The notes below the pieces were generated by a model. The model ran no database searches. It saw nothing but the letters and a program-made list of their open reading frames with translations, and had not been told where the DNA came from. This document shows, one piece after another, positions 29,181 to 38,063 of a stretch of 64,000 nucleotides of DNA; the stretch's first letter is position 1, and each line of letters starts with the position of its first letter. Position numbers and translations under genes: made by a program. The stretch comes from an uncultured beta proteobacterium (lineage in GTDB: Bacteria > Pseudomonadota > Gammaproteobacteria > Burkholderiales > Casimicrobiaceae). The stretch covers positions 327,615 to 391,614 of the forward strand of contig CAVXPH010000003.1 in NCBI GenBank assembly GCA_963763625.1, written 5' to 3'.

Positions 29181-29939
29181 GTGATGGATAAGAAGGTTGC
29201 CCTGATCACCGGGGCTGCAATGGGAATTGGCGCGGCGATAGCAAGGAGGCTCGCGCGGGACGGCTATGCGGTGGCCATCACCGACATCAACGCCCTGGCG
29301 GCGAGCGAGACGGCAGCCGAGCTAAACGCCCAGGGCTTCGACGCCTGGCCGGTGACCATGAACGTCGGCAATGCAGCGTCGATCGCCGCCGGGTTCGCCG
29401 CGGTAGCCCAGCGTTACGACCGCTGCGATGTGCTCGTCAACAACGCCGGCATCGCCAAGACATATCCGTTTGTCGACTACCCGATCGAACATTGGAACGA
29501 GGTGATGGCCGTCAATGTCACCGGTTCGATGCTGTGCGGGCAGCACGCGGCGCGGCTGATGAGTTCGCGGCGGTGGGGTCGGATCATTAACCTGGCCTCG
29601 GTAAGTGGCATGCGCGCCAGCGGGGGTCGTACGGCATACGGCACGTCCAAGGCGGCAGTGATCGGTCTGACGCGGCAGATGGCCATCGAACTGGCGGCGT
29701 ACGGCATCACGGTTAACGCCATCGCTCCCGGGCCTATCGACACGCCTCTCACTCAGGAGCTCCATTCCGAAACGACGCGCAGGAACTATCTTCGCATGCT
29801 GCCCGCGGCGCGCTACGGCACCCCCGAAGAAATCGCAGGTCCCGTCAGTTTTCTGGCCTCAGACGATGCGTCCTACATCACCGGCCACATCCTGTCCGTC
29901 GACGGCGGATTTATGGCGGCCGGTGTCCTGGAGATATGA
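29181..29939 (+). CDS. SDR family oxidoreductase (FabG-like 3-oxoacyl reductase type)
   Basis: KVALITGAAMGIGAAIARRLA (TGxxxGIG), NNAG, the catalytic S...YGTSKAAV (YxxxK) and the PGPIDTP motif. Confidence 0.88.
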   Translation: MMDKKVALITGAAMGIGAAIARRLARDGYAVAITDINALAASETAAELNAQGFDAWPVTMNVGNAASIAAGFAAVAQRYDRCDVLVNNAGIAKTYPFVDYPIEHWNEVMAVNVTGSMLCGQHAARLMSSRRWGRIINLASVSGMRASGGRTAYGTSKAAVIGLTRQMAIELAAYGITVNAIAPGPIDTPLTQELHSETTRRNYLRMLPAARYGTPEEIAGPVSFLASDDASYITGHILSVDGGFMAAGVLEI

Positions 29940-30010
29940 AGCGCGAAGCGGAATCCGGCGTACTGACGAATGAAGTAAGCTTTGGGGTCCAAACGAAGGA
30001 GGAGCGCAAC

Positions 30011-31018
30011 ATGCAAAGAAGAAAATTCATCAAGTATGGCGCTGCTGCGGCTATTGCCCCAGCCATCATCGTGCCCGGCCGGTCGCAGGCGGCGGAATTC
30101 AGTTACAAGTTTGCCCAGAACCTTCCTGCTACGCACCCTCTCTACATCCGCGCTGTCGAAGCGGCGGACAAGATCCGCGCCGACACCAAGGGTCGCGTGG
30201 ACATTCAAGTCTTCCCGAATTCCCAACTTGGTTCCGATACCGATTCCTTGAGCCAAGTGCGCGCCGGAGGAATCGAACTGTTCACCCTATCAGGGCTTAT
30301 CCTCTCCATCCTTGTCGCCCCCGCATCGATTAGCGGCATCGGCTTCGCCTTTCCGGACTACGATAAGGTGTGGGCGGCGATGGATGGCGATCTTGGGGCC
30401 TACATTCGAGAGCAGATCAAGAAGGCCGGGCTCATGGTCATGGACAAGATCTGGGACAACGGCTTTCGCCAGACCACGAGTTCAACCAGGCCAATCAACT
30501 CGCCGGACGATTTCAAGGGCTTCAAGATCCGTGTCCCGCCAAGTCCACTGTGGACGTCGATGTTCAAGGCCTTTGGAGCCGCGCCGGCCAGCATAAACTT
30601 CAACGAGGTGTATTCAGCGCTGCAAACCAAGGTGGTAGAAGGTCAGGAAAACCCACTCGCCATTGTTGCTACCGCGAAGCTCTACGAGGTGCAGAAGTAC
30701 TGTTCGCTGACCAACCACATGTGGGATGGATACTGGGTCATCGCCAATCTGCGCGCCTGGGAGCGGCTGCCCAAGGACCTGCAGACGATTGTCGCCGGGC
30801 ACCTCAACGACGCGGCGGTTCTAGAGCGCGCCGACGTGGCGAGGCTCAACGCCACGCTCAGGGCGGACCTGGAGAAGAGGGGGCTCACGTTCAACGCCCC
30901 GGCGAACCAACCTTTTCGCGATGTGCTGCGCAACGCGGGCTTCTACGTCGAATGGAAGCAGAAGTACGGGGCGGATGCTTGGGCCATCCTCGAGAGGTAT
31001 TCCGGCAAGTTGGCGTAG
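30011..31018 (+). CDS. TRAP transporter substrate-binding protein (DctP family), Tat-like leader
   Basis: ORF 29936..31018 trimmed to ATG 30011, after AAGGAGGAG. Leader MQRRKFIKYGAAAAIAPAIIVPG. DctP-family body (FPNSQLGSD...QVRAGGIELF..., YSALQTKVVEGQENPL). Confidence 0.88.
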   Translation: MQRRKFIKYGAAAAIAPAIIVPGRSQAAEFSYKFAQNLPATHPLYIRAVEAADKIRADTKGRVDIQVFPNSQLGSDTDSLSQVRAGGIELFTLSGLILSILVAPASISGIGFAFPDYDKVWAAMDGDLGAYIREQIKKAGLMVMDKIWDNGFRQTTSSTRPINSPDDFKGFKIRVPPSPLWTSMFKAFGAAPASINFNEVYSALQTKVVEGQENPLAIVATAKLYEVQKYCSLTNHMWDGYWVIANLRAWERLPKDLQTIVAGHLNDAAVLERADVARLNATLRADLEKRGLTFNAPANQPFRDVLRNAGFYVEWKQKYGADAWAILERYSGKLA

Positions 31019-31072
31019 CCTGATGCCGCGCGCTGAGCGCTTTGCCGCAGGTACCCGCGGGAATCCGTCGCC

Positions 31073-32899
31073 GTGAGACAGGCGGCGGCGAAGCTCGACT
31101 CCCTCCTGGGAGGCTTCGCCGAAATACTTGTCGCGTTGCTGGTCGTCACGGAAACCGTCATTCTCTTTGCGGGGGTGGTGGCGCGCTACGTGCTCCACTC
31201 GCCGCTGGTGTGGTCTGACGAGGCGGCCTCGATCCTGTTCCTTTGGCTCGCCATGCTCGGCGCCGTGGTTGCGTTCCGTCGCGGCGAGCACATGCGCATG
31301 ACGGCACTCGTCGCCATGTGCTCGTCGGGCTGGCGTCCTTTTTTCGAGTCACTGGCGACGGTGGCGGCATTCGTGTTTGTCATTCTAATCTTGTACCCCG
31401 CGTTCGAGTACGCGGTCGAAGAGCGCCTCATCACCACACCGGCTTTGGAAGTCTCGGGGGCCTTTCGTGCGGCGGCACTTCCGGTGGGGTTCGGACTGAT
31501 GGCCCTGAGCGCTACGCTGCGTCTGTTTCTGGTTGGTGCATGGAAGCAGGTGCTTACGGCCCTCGCATTGATCGCGGCGGTCATCCTGGCTCTTTTTGCC
31601 TTGCAGCCCGCGCTGCAGAACCTCGGCAATGTGAACCTGGTGATCTTCTTTGTCGGTTTCGCCGGGGCAATGGTCCTGGCCGGAGTGCCAATTGCGTTCG
31701 CGTTCGCACTGGCCACTTTCGGTTATCTGCTGTTTACCACGCAGGTGCCGGTGCTGGTACTGATCGGACGAATGGACGAGGGCATGAGTCACCTTATCCT
31801 GCTCTCGGTGCCGCTGTTCGTGTTCCTCGGCCTGTTGATTGAGATGACCGGCATGGCGCGAGTCATGGTCGCCTTCCTCGCCAATCTCATCGGCCACGTG
31901 CGCGGCGGACTCTCCTACGTGCTGGTGGGCGCGATGTACCTGGTGTCCGGCATATCTGGCTCGAAGGCCGCGGATATGGCGGCGATATCACCGGTGCTGT
32001 TCCCGGAAATGCAGAAGCGCGGTGCCATGCCCGGAGACCTGGTAGCGCTGCTGGCGGCGACCGGCGCGCAGACCGAGACCGTGCCCCCGAGCCTGGTGCT
32101 TATCACCATCGGGTCGGTGACCGGCGTGTCAATTGCGGCGCTGTTCACCGGTGGTTTGCTGCCGTCGCTGGTGCTCGGCCTTACGTTGTGCGTAGTCATC
32201 GGCTACCGCTACCGCAGCGAAGACCCGACCGGCACGCGCCGGGCAACGCTGCGCGAGATCGGACGCAGCTTCCTGATCGGCATACCGGCACTGGCGCTGC
32301 CGTTCGTGATTCGGGCCGCCGTGGTCGAGGGCGTGGCGACCGCGACCGAGGTTTCGACCATCGGTGTTGTCTATTCCATCCTGGCGGGGATCTTCATCTA
32401 CCGGCAGTTCGACCTCAGACGGGTGCTGCCGATGCTGGTGGAGACCGCTGCGCTATCCGGTGCGATCCTGCTCATCATCGGCGCGGCGACGGGCATGGCA
32501 TGGGCGCTCACTCAGTCCGGGTTCTCCCGCGACCTGGCCAGGGCCATGACCAATCTGCCGGGTGGATCCGTTACCTTTCTCGGTGCCTCCATCGCGGCAT
32601 TCATCGTACTGGGCAGCGTACTCGAAGGAATACCTGCCATCGTCCTGTTCGGGCCGTTGCTCTTTCCCATCGCCCGGGAAGTTGGGGTGCACGAGGTCCA
32701 CTACGCGATGGTGGTTGTGCTGGCGATGGGAATCGGCCTGTTTGCGCCACCCTTCGGGGTCGGCTATTACGCCGCATGTGCCATCGGCCGGGTCAAGCCA
32801 GACGCGGGCATGAAGCCGATTGTCGGATACCTGCTGGCGCTCATGGTCGGACTGATCATCGTTGCGACCGTGCCATGGATATCCACCGGGTTTCTCTAG
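31073..32899 (+). CDS. TRAP transporter fused small/large permease (DctQ-DctM)
   Basis: 608 aa. The N-terminus is DctQ-like with 4 TM (WSDEAASILFLWLAMLGAVVAFRRGEHMRM). The DctM-like body follows (GGLSYVLVGAMYLVSGISGSKAADMAA...). Confidence 0.9.
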   Translation: MRQAAAKLDSLLGGFAEILVALLVVTETVILFAGVVARYVLHSPLVWSDEAASILFLWLAMLGAVVAFRRGEHMRMTALVAMCSSGWRPFFESLATVAAFVFVILILYPAFEYAVEERLITTPALEVSGAFRAAALPVGFGLMALSATLRLFLVGAWKQVLTALALIAAVILALFALQPALQNLGNVNLVIFFVGFAGAMVLAGVPIAFAFALATFGYLLFTTQVPVLVLIGRMDEGMSHLILLSVPLFVFLGLLIEMTGMARVMVAFLANLIGHVRGGLSYVLVGAMYLVSGISGSKAADMAAISPVLFPEMQKRGAMPGDLVALLAATGAQTETVPPSLVLITIGSVTGVSIAALFTGGLLPSLVLGLTLCVVIGYRYRSEDPTGTRRATLREIGRSFLIGIPALALPFVIRAAVVEGVATATEVSTIGVVYSILAGIFIYRQFDLRRVLPMLVETAALSGAILLIIGAATGMAWALTQSGFSRDLARAMTNLPGGSVTFLGASIAAFIVLGSVLEGIPAIVLFGPLLFPIAREVGVHEVHYAMVVVLAMGIGLFAPPFGVGYYAACAIGRVKPDAGMKPIVGYLLALMVGLIIVATVPWISTGFL

Positions 32900-33031
32900 G
32901 CCGGGACGTGGAATGATGGCGATCATATGGATCGTCGTTTGCAAACTTTGTATGATAGGCAACTACTAGGCTTGCCCCTCGCCGAGCGGCGAGGCCGACG
33001 TTAGTTAGCCCGAATTCGACAGGAGGAGAGC

Positions 33032-34066
33032 ATGACTTCCAGACGTAGCTTTCTAAAGACCGCCGGGGCTGTCACCGCCGGCTTGGGGGCCGCCTCGACA
33101 TCGGCTTCGACCGAGAAGATGGCGACCGGCAAAAAGTATGACGGCCCTCACGAAATGCCGACCAATGTCACCCTGCTTTCCATACAGAACGCCGATGGAT
33201 CGGAGACTTTGGGCGTCAAACTGGACCATGGCACCGTGCTCGACGTGCGCAAGGCGTCCCATTTGCTCGGCATTGCCGCACCGGTCACGCTCGAGGAGTT
33301 GCTCAGGGGCGGCAATGCGAGGGGGCTCGATAAGCTCGTGGCAGCCGCCAAGACCTCGCCCAAGGCCAAGGCTGCGAGGGTCAACGAATCGGACATCACC
33401 TTCGGCAGGCTATTCACGAATCCAGGCAAGATTGTCTGCATCGGGCTCAATTACCGGGCCCACATCGAGGAAACGAATGAAAAGCTTCCTTCGGTGCCGA
33501 TCCTGTTCAACAAGTACAACAACGCGCTCGCGGCCCACAATTGCACCATCAAGCTTCCGCCCAGGGACGTCGCGTACAAGTTCGACTACGAGACGGAACT
33601 CCTGATCGTCATGGGGAAGACAGCCCGCAACGTGTCGGAGGCCGATGCCCTGAACTATGTCGCGGGCTATTGCACTTCGCACGATTTCTCCGCGCGCGAT
33701 CTGCAGTGGGAAACACCGAACGTGCAATGGATGATCGGCAAGACGCTGGACAGCTTTGGCCCGATCGGCCCTTACTTCGTGTCCGCGGATTTGGTCGGCG
33801 ATCCGAACAACCTGAAGATTGAGACTCATGTCAATGGCGAGGAGCGTCAATCGTCCAACACCAGTTTCATGATTTTCAATCCCCAGAAGCTGATCGCCTA
33901 CATCACGAAGATGTGGACGCTGGAGCCCGGTGACATCATCTGGTCGGGAACGCCCCAGGGCGTCATTTACGGATATCCGAAAGAAAAGCAGGTGTGGCTG
34001 AGAGCGGGTGATGAAATAAAGAGCTCCATCGAGAAGCTCGGCGAGCTGAAGTTCAAGCTGGCGTAG
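33032..34066 (+). CDS. fumarylacetoacetate hydrolase (FAH) family protein with a twin-arginine signal peptide
   Basis: N-terminus MTSRRSFLKTAGAVTAGLGAASTSAS. FAH core KIVCIGLNYRAHIEE...FDYETELLIVMGK...GYCTSHDFSARDLQ...GKTLDSFGPIGP...PGDIIWSGTPQGV. Strong AGGAGGAG RBS. Confidence 0.85.
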   Translation: MTSRRSFLKTAGAVTAGLGAASTSASTEKMATGKKYDGPHEMPTNVTLLSIQNADGSETLGVKLDHGTVLDVRKASHLLGIAAPVTLEELLRGGNARGLDKLVAAAKTSPKAKAARVNESDITFGRLFTNPGKIVCIGLNYRAHIEETNEKLPSVPILFNKYNNALAAHNCTIKLPPRDVAYKFDYETELLIVMGKTARNVSEADALNYVAGYCTSHDFSARDLQWETPNVQWMIGKTLDSFGPIGPYFVSADLVGDPNNLKIETHVNGEERQSSNTSFMIFNPQKLIAYITKMWTLEPGDIIWSGTPQGVIYGYPKEKQVWLRAGDEIKSSIEKLGELKFKLA

Positions 34067-34247
34067 CGGTGTGGAGCCCGCTCGCCATGTGCGGGCCTTG
34101 GTGGGCGGGCTTTTCGTGGCAGGGGTGCCGGATCCGGCGCGTGCTGCGCCGTACGCTGCCGGTCACTCCAAGACGCCTCCGGAAAGACCACCAGTTTGGC
34201 GTCGCGAGCCGCCGCCCCGACGTGTGGTCATTTTCTGCGCCCACCCA

Positions 34248-34958
34248 TTAGTGCGATAACAGCCAGCCGCCGACTAGCGTACCGATCGCCGCCGCACCGA
34301 TCGCAAGCAGATCGTGACTGCCTTCGTGTTCTCGAATGCGCTCCTCATCAAACAGCGCATTGAGCTGCACTTCACTTAATGCGGTCGTCGTTGGCGCCGC
34401 TTGGCTCGGAGTTGCCGTGCCTCCGGCTACCAGGTCATGAAGGGCCTTGGCAACGCCATCGGCGTCAATCAGCGCGATGGGCGCTCCGCAATGCGCGCAA
34501 ACGGTTTCCGTTGCGAGATCGATCGGCGCTCCGCATTGGCTACAGCTCACCTGGCGCACGGTGGCGCGCAACTTGGCCAGTTCGTCTACTGAGGGAGGGC
34601 GAATGAAGTTCTTTTCTGCCAGGAACTGGCCGAAAGTGATCAGCTGGCCATGGTCATCGGCGCAACGCCAATAGGTGAAACGGGTCGCCCGCTGCAGGTC
34701 ATGGGTGAAGGCGAGGGCACGGTGACAGCGCGGGCAGCTGAGGTTCGAGGCCAGCGCATTCCTGGCAGATCCCGCCTGGCCCAGGTACTGGAAAAGCCCG
34801 AGGACGGCCTGGGGTGTGAGCGCGACGCTTGCCGCCTCGTCGAACCAGAATAGATTGCATGGGGCGCAACTGCCGATCTCGATCGTGCGAGGGACGGAAG
34901 CGTTAACCGCGACGGTTTGCGTGGCCATGGGCACACGACAATTGGGGCAGTCGACCAC
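34248..34958 (-). CDS. TFIIB-type zinc-ribbon repeat protein with a C-terminal membrane anchor
   Basis: Three CxxC...CxxC units (CPNC..CAPC, CPRC..WRC, CSQC..CAHC). C-terminal hydrophobic helix LLAIGAAAIGTLVGGWLL. GTG start. Confidence 0.6.
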   Translation of the reverse strand: MVDCPNCRVPMATQTVAVNASVPRTIEIGSCAPCNLFWFDEAASVALTPQAVLGLFQYLGQAGSARNALASNLSCPRCHRALAFTHDLQRATRFTYWRCADDHGQLITFGQFLAEKNFIRPPSVDELAKLRATVRQVSCSQCGAPIDLATETVCAHCGAPIALIDADGVAKALHDLVAGGTATPSQAAPTTTALSEVQLNALFDEERIREHEGSHDLLAIGAAAIGTLVGGWLLSH

Positions 34959-35075
34959 CGCGTCATTCTATCCGTGCCGGGGCCTTTGGTCTTGGCTTCA
35001 ATGAGGCTGCAAGCAGAACGGACTTGGAGCGTCACGGCTCCCGTCCGGATCGTGGGCAAAACCGGGTAGCGCCGG

Positions 35076-35441
35076 TCACGACGGGTCCGGTCGCGACCGG
35101 GCGGCGACCGTCTCCCGTATCGGCCTTATCGGCCGCACTTCCACGCAGCCGATGCGCGCCGGTGGGATTTTTGCAGCAATCTGGATCGCTTCGTTCAAGT
35201 CCCTGGCATCGATCATGTAGAAGCCGGCAAGCTGTTCCTTGGTCTCGGCGAACGGGCCATCGGTAACCGACAGCTTGCCGTTACGAACGCGCACGCTGGT
35301 GGCCGTCTGCACGGATTGCAATGCCTCCGACGCAAGGCAATAGCCCTTCTTGCGGATGGCCGTGTCGTATTCGACACAATCTTCGTCGGGCACTTCGTCG
35401 CGTCGCTTCTCATCGAGGTAGACCAGACAAAGATACTTCAT
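35076..35441 (-). CDS. YciI/DGPF-family protein
   Basis: ORF 35076..35582 trimmed to ATG 35441 after an AGGAGA RBS. MKYLCLVY...VTDGPFAETKEQLAGFYMIDARDLNEAIQIA is the YciI-like DGPF signature. Confidence 0.8.
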   Translation of the reverse strand: MKYLCLVYLDEKRRDEVPDEDCVEYDTAIRKKGYCLASEALQSVQTATSVRVRNGKLSVTDGPFAETKEQLAGFYMIDARDLNEAIQIAAKIPPARIGCVEVRPIRPIRETVAARSRPDPS

Positions 35442-35535
35442 CGCATACTCTCCTAAGGACGGTGGCCGCGTCCTTCTCAGCCGCCGTGTGGCATCGGCTC
35501 TTCGCCACCGGTCATGAATTCGGGTGTCTCGCGGT

Positions 35536-35991
35536 TCACTGCTTGCGCATTGCTTCCTGCATTTCCGCAGGCGTTGCGTCACGAATGTGCGTGGCTACCG
35601 ACCAATGGTGGCCAAACGGGTCGTCGAGCCTGCAATAGCGATCGCCCCAGAACATGTCCGCGAGCGGCATCGTGACCTTCGCCCCCGCGTCGACGGCACG
35701 CTGCACGAACGCGTCCACATCCTCGACATAGAGGTGAATCGTAACGGGCGAACCCTTGAGCGATTTGGGCCCGAACGAACCGCAATCGGGGTATTCGTCG
35801 ACCAGCATCACCGTCGAATCGCCAATCCGGATCATGCCGTGCATGAGCTTTCCGTCGGGGCCTTTCAGTCGAGCTATTTCCTGAGCGTTGAAGGCTCGCT
35901 TGTAAAAGTCGATTGCATCGGCGGCGCCGGCGCAAGTCAAGTGCGGCGTTACCGTGTGCATGCCTTCCGGGACAGGCTTAACCTGGGCCAT
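35536..35991 (-). CDS. VOC (glyoxalase/bleomycin-resistance, PhnB-like) family protein
   Basis: TPHLTCAGAADAIDFYKRAFNA...HGMIRIGDSTVML...MFWGDRYCRLDDPFGHHWSVA matches the PhnB-like VOC pattern. Confidence 0.82.
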   Translation of the reverse strand: MAQVKPVPEGMHTVTPHLTCAGAADAIDFYKRAFNAQEIARLKGPDGKLMHGMIRIGDSTVMLVDEYPDCGSFGPKSLKGSPVTIHLYVEDVDAFVQRAVDAGAKVTMPLADMFWGDRYCRLDDPFGHHWSVATHIRDATPAEMQEAMRKQ

Positions 35992-36054
35992 GATTCGATG
36001 CTCCTTCTGACGTTGGGTTAAATGACAGGGCGCCGACCTGCCGCCCGATCGAGC

Positions 36055-36468
36055 CTATTTCGCACCGACTCCCATCTTGCGAAAGCGGTCGATCGCCTCG
36101 CTGGGAGCGAAATCCTCCAGCTCGAACAGCTGGCGCACCTCGATTTCGCCTTCGTTCCCGTCGACCGCGGGATTGGGAAAGCGCTTGGTCCATTCGATCG
36201 CTTCCTGCTTCGACTGCACGCGGATAATGGTGTAGCCGGCGGCCAGCTCCTTGGTCTCGACAAAGGGGCCGTCGACGAAGGTATGCTTGTCTTTGGAGAA
36301 TTTGATGCGCCAACCCTTGGCGCTTGATTGGAGTCCGGAGGCATCCAGCAGCACCCCGGCCTTGGCCAGTTCCTCGTGAAATTTCTGCATGGTGGCAAGC
36401 AGGGTTTCCCCCGGCATGACGCCGGCTTCCGAATCCCGGGTGGCTTTCACGATGATCATGAATCGCAT
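36055..36468 (-). CDS. YciI/DGPF-family protein
   Basis: MRFMIIVKAT....FVDGPFVETKELAAGYTIIRVQSKQEAIEWTKRFP is the DGPF signature. AAGGAGA RBS. Confidence 0.82.
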   Translation of the reverse strand: MRFMIIVKATRDSEAGVMPGETLLATMQKFHEELAKAGVLLDASGLQSSAKGWRIKFSKDKHTFVDGPFVETKELAAGYTIIRVQSKQEAIEWTKRFPNPAVDGNEGEIEVRQLFELEDFAPSEAIDRFRKMGVGAK

Positions 36469-36574
36469 GATGGTATCTCCTTGTCGTATCGGTAGCTTCT
36501 AAGCTGGGCGCCGGTCGCCGCGACCGTGCGCGACCCATCGCCCGGCCACCTGAAGCGGCCGGCCTCGACTGATA

Positions 36575-36601
36575 GTCGATTGGGGCAGCCCGAAATCGAC
36601 A
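36575..36601 (-). promoter_or_regulatory. ECF-type promoter motif copy A (TGTCGA-N17-CGAC) upstream of the YciI/DGPF gene
   Basis: The minus strand reads TGTCGATTTCGGGCTGCCCCAATCGACTAT. It lies between the sigma-factor stop (36617) and the YciI start (36468). It shares TGTCGATTT and ATCGACTAT with copy B. Confidence 0.55.
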
Positions 36602-36616
36602 GACTCCGATCAAATT

Positions 36617-37861
36617 CTAAAGCTCGGCCAGCCGGCGCTCGATAAACCGGCGCTCGGGCTCCTGGTAGGTGAGCTCGAGCGCGCGGTGGTAGGAATCCCG
36701 CGCCTCCGCCGCCCGTCCGAGACGCCGGCACAGGTCCGCCCGCGCTGCGTGGGCGAGGCGGTAGTCCAGGAGATCGCCACGCGCGAGAAGGGCATCGACG
36801 AGCGCCAGGCCCGCTTGTGCCCCGTCGCGCATGGCGACGGCAACGGCGCGGTTCAGTTCGACGATAGGCGACGGAGCCGTTTCCAGAAGCAGATCATATA
36901 GGCCGACAATCTGGGCCCAATCGGTTGCGCCGGCATCGGGTGCCTCCGCGTGCGTCGCCGCGATGGCTGCCTGCAGGCAATACGGACCCCTCCCGCGCAT
37001 GGGCAATGCGCGCTCGAGTAGCGCGATCCCCTCGGCGATCCGTTCCCGATTCCAAAGCCCACGGTCCTGGTTTTCGAGCAGGATCAGATCGCCGGTCGCC
37101 GAGGTACGCGCCACGCGCCGCGATTCGTGCAGAAGCATCAGCGCGAGAAGTCCCATTACCTCGGGCTCCGGCAGTAGCTCGGCGACGAGGCGGGCGAGTC
37201 GGATCGCTTCGCTCGAAACATCGTGCCTGGTCAACGTTTCGCCCGACGAGGCCGAGTAGCCCTCGTTGAAGACCAGGTAGATCACGCGCAGGACGCTGTC
37301 GAGACGCTCCGGCAGTTCGTCCGGCGACGGCACTTCGTAGGGAATCTTCGCATCGCGGATCTTCGTCTTCGCGCGAACGATACGCTGCGCGAGCGTCGGC
37401 GCCCCGATCAGGAACGCGGCCGCGATCTCCTCCGTCGAGAGGCCGCAAACCTCGCGCAGTGTCAGAGCGACCTGCGCATCCGGCGTCAGCGCCGGATGGC
37501 AGCAGGTAAAAATCAATCGCAGCCGGTCGTCTTCGATATCCTCGCCATCGAAGGCCACCGTCTCGTCGGCAATGTTTTCGACCTGCTCGGCGACGTCATC
37601 GAGCGCGTCGAAGCGGGCGTGGCGGCGCATGCCGTCGATGGCTTTGAAGCGGCCCGTCGACACCAGCCACGCCCGTGGATTGCCAGGCACGCCATCCTTG
37701 GGCCACTGTTCCAGCGCCGCCCGGAAAGCGTCGTGCAATGCCTCCTCCGCAGTCCCGATGTCTCCGAGCAGGCGGATCAGCGTGGCGAAGACGCGGCGCG
37801 ACTCGGAACGATAGACGCCGTCCACGATCGCACGCATCTTCTCGTCTGCATCCTCGCTCAT
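36617..37861 (-). CDS. ECF sigma factor with a long C-terminal TPR-like extension (ECF42-type)
   Basis: Sigma-70 regions 2 and 4 are present (ESRRVFATLIRLLGDIGTAEEALHDAF...NPRAWLVSTGRFKAIDGMRR...ALTLREVCGLSTEEIAAAFLIGAPTLAQRIVRAK). About 230 aa of helical extension follow. ORF 36617..37882 trimmed to ATG 37861. Confidence 0.85.
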   Translation of the reverse strand: MSEDADEKMRAIVDGVYRSESRRVFATLIRLLGDIGTAEEALHDAFRAALEQWPKDGVPGNPRAWLVSTGRFKAIDGMRRHARFDALDDVAEQVENIADETVAFDGEDIEDDRLRLIFTCCHPALTPDAQVALTLREVCGLSTEEIAAAFLIGAPTLAQRIVRAKTKIRDAKIPYEVPSPDELPERLDSVLRVIYLVFNEGYSASSGETLTRHDVSSEAIRLARLVAELLPEPEVMGLLALMLLHESRRVARTSATGDLILLENQDRGLWNRERIAEGIALLERALPMRGRGPYCLQAAIAATHAEAPDAGATDWAQIVGLYDLLLETAPSPIVELNRAVAVAMRDGAQAGLALVDALLARGDLLDYRLAHAARADLCRRLGRAAEARDSYHRALELTYQEPERRFIERRLAEL

Positions 37862-37982
37862 CGGCTTGGGTCCCTGCGCCACCAGGATTCAGCGCCGGTC
37901 AATATATCCCTCCCGGTCAAATGCGGCCAAGTCGTGCTGGAGCGGGTCAGCGGCGAAAAGCAGTGGCGCCTACATCGGCGGG

Positions 37983-38009
37983 TGTCGATTTGGCCCAATC
38001 CCGATCGAC
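37983..38009 (+). promoter_or_regulatory. ECF-type promoter motif copy B (TGTCGA-N17-CGAC), partly palindromic, in the sigma / small-ORF divergent region
   Basis: The plus strand reads TGTCGATTTGGCCCAATCCCGATCGACTAT, 55 nt upstream of ATG 38064. Its reverse complement reads AGTCGA-N17-CGAC towards the sigma gene. Confidence 0.55.
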
Positions 38010-38063
38010 TATTGAATAGGAGCGAGCGATTAACCCTGGATAGCGCCTGCATCGGGAGACTCA

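Noticed and set aside
34067-34247. Possible terminator hairpins after the FAH gene (agcccgc...gcgggct followed by tttc)
   Set aside because: Several alternative imperfect pairings with long loops are possible, and I could not settle on one stable stem followed by a U-tract.
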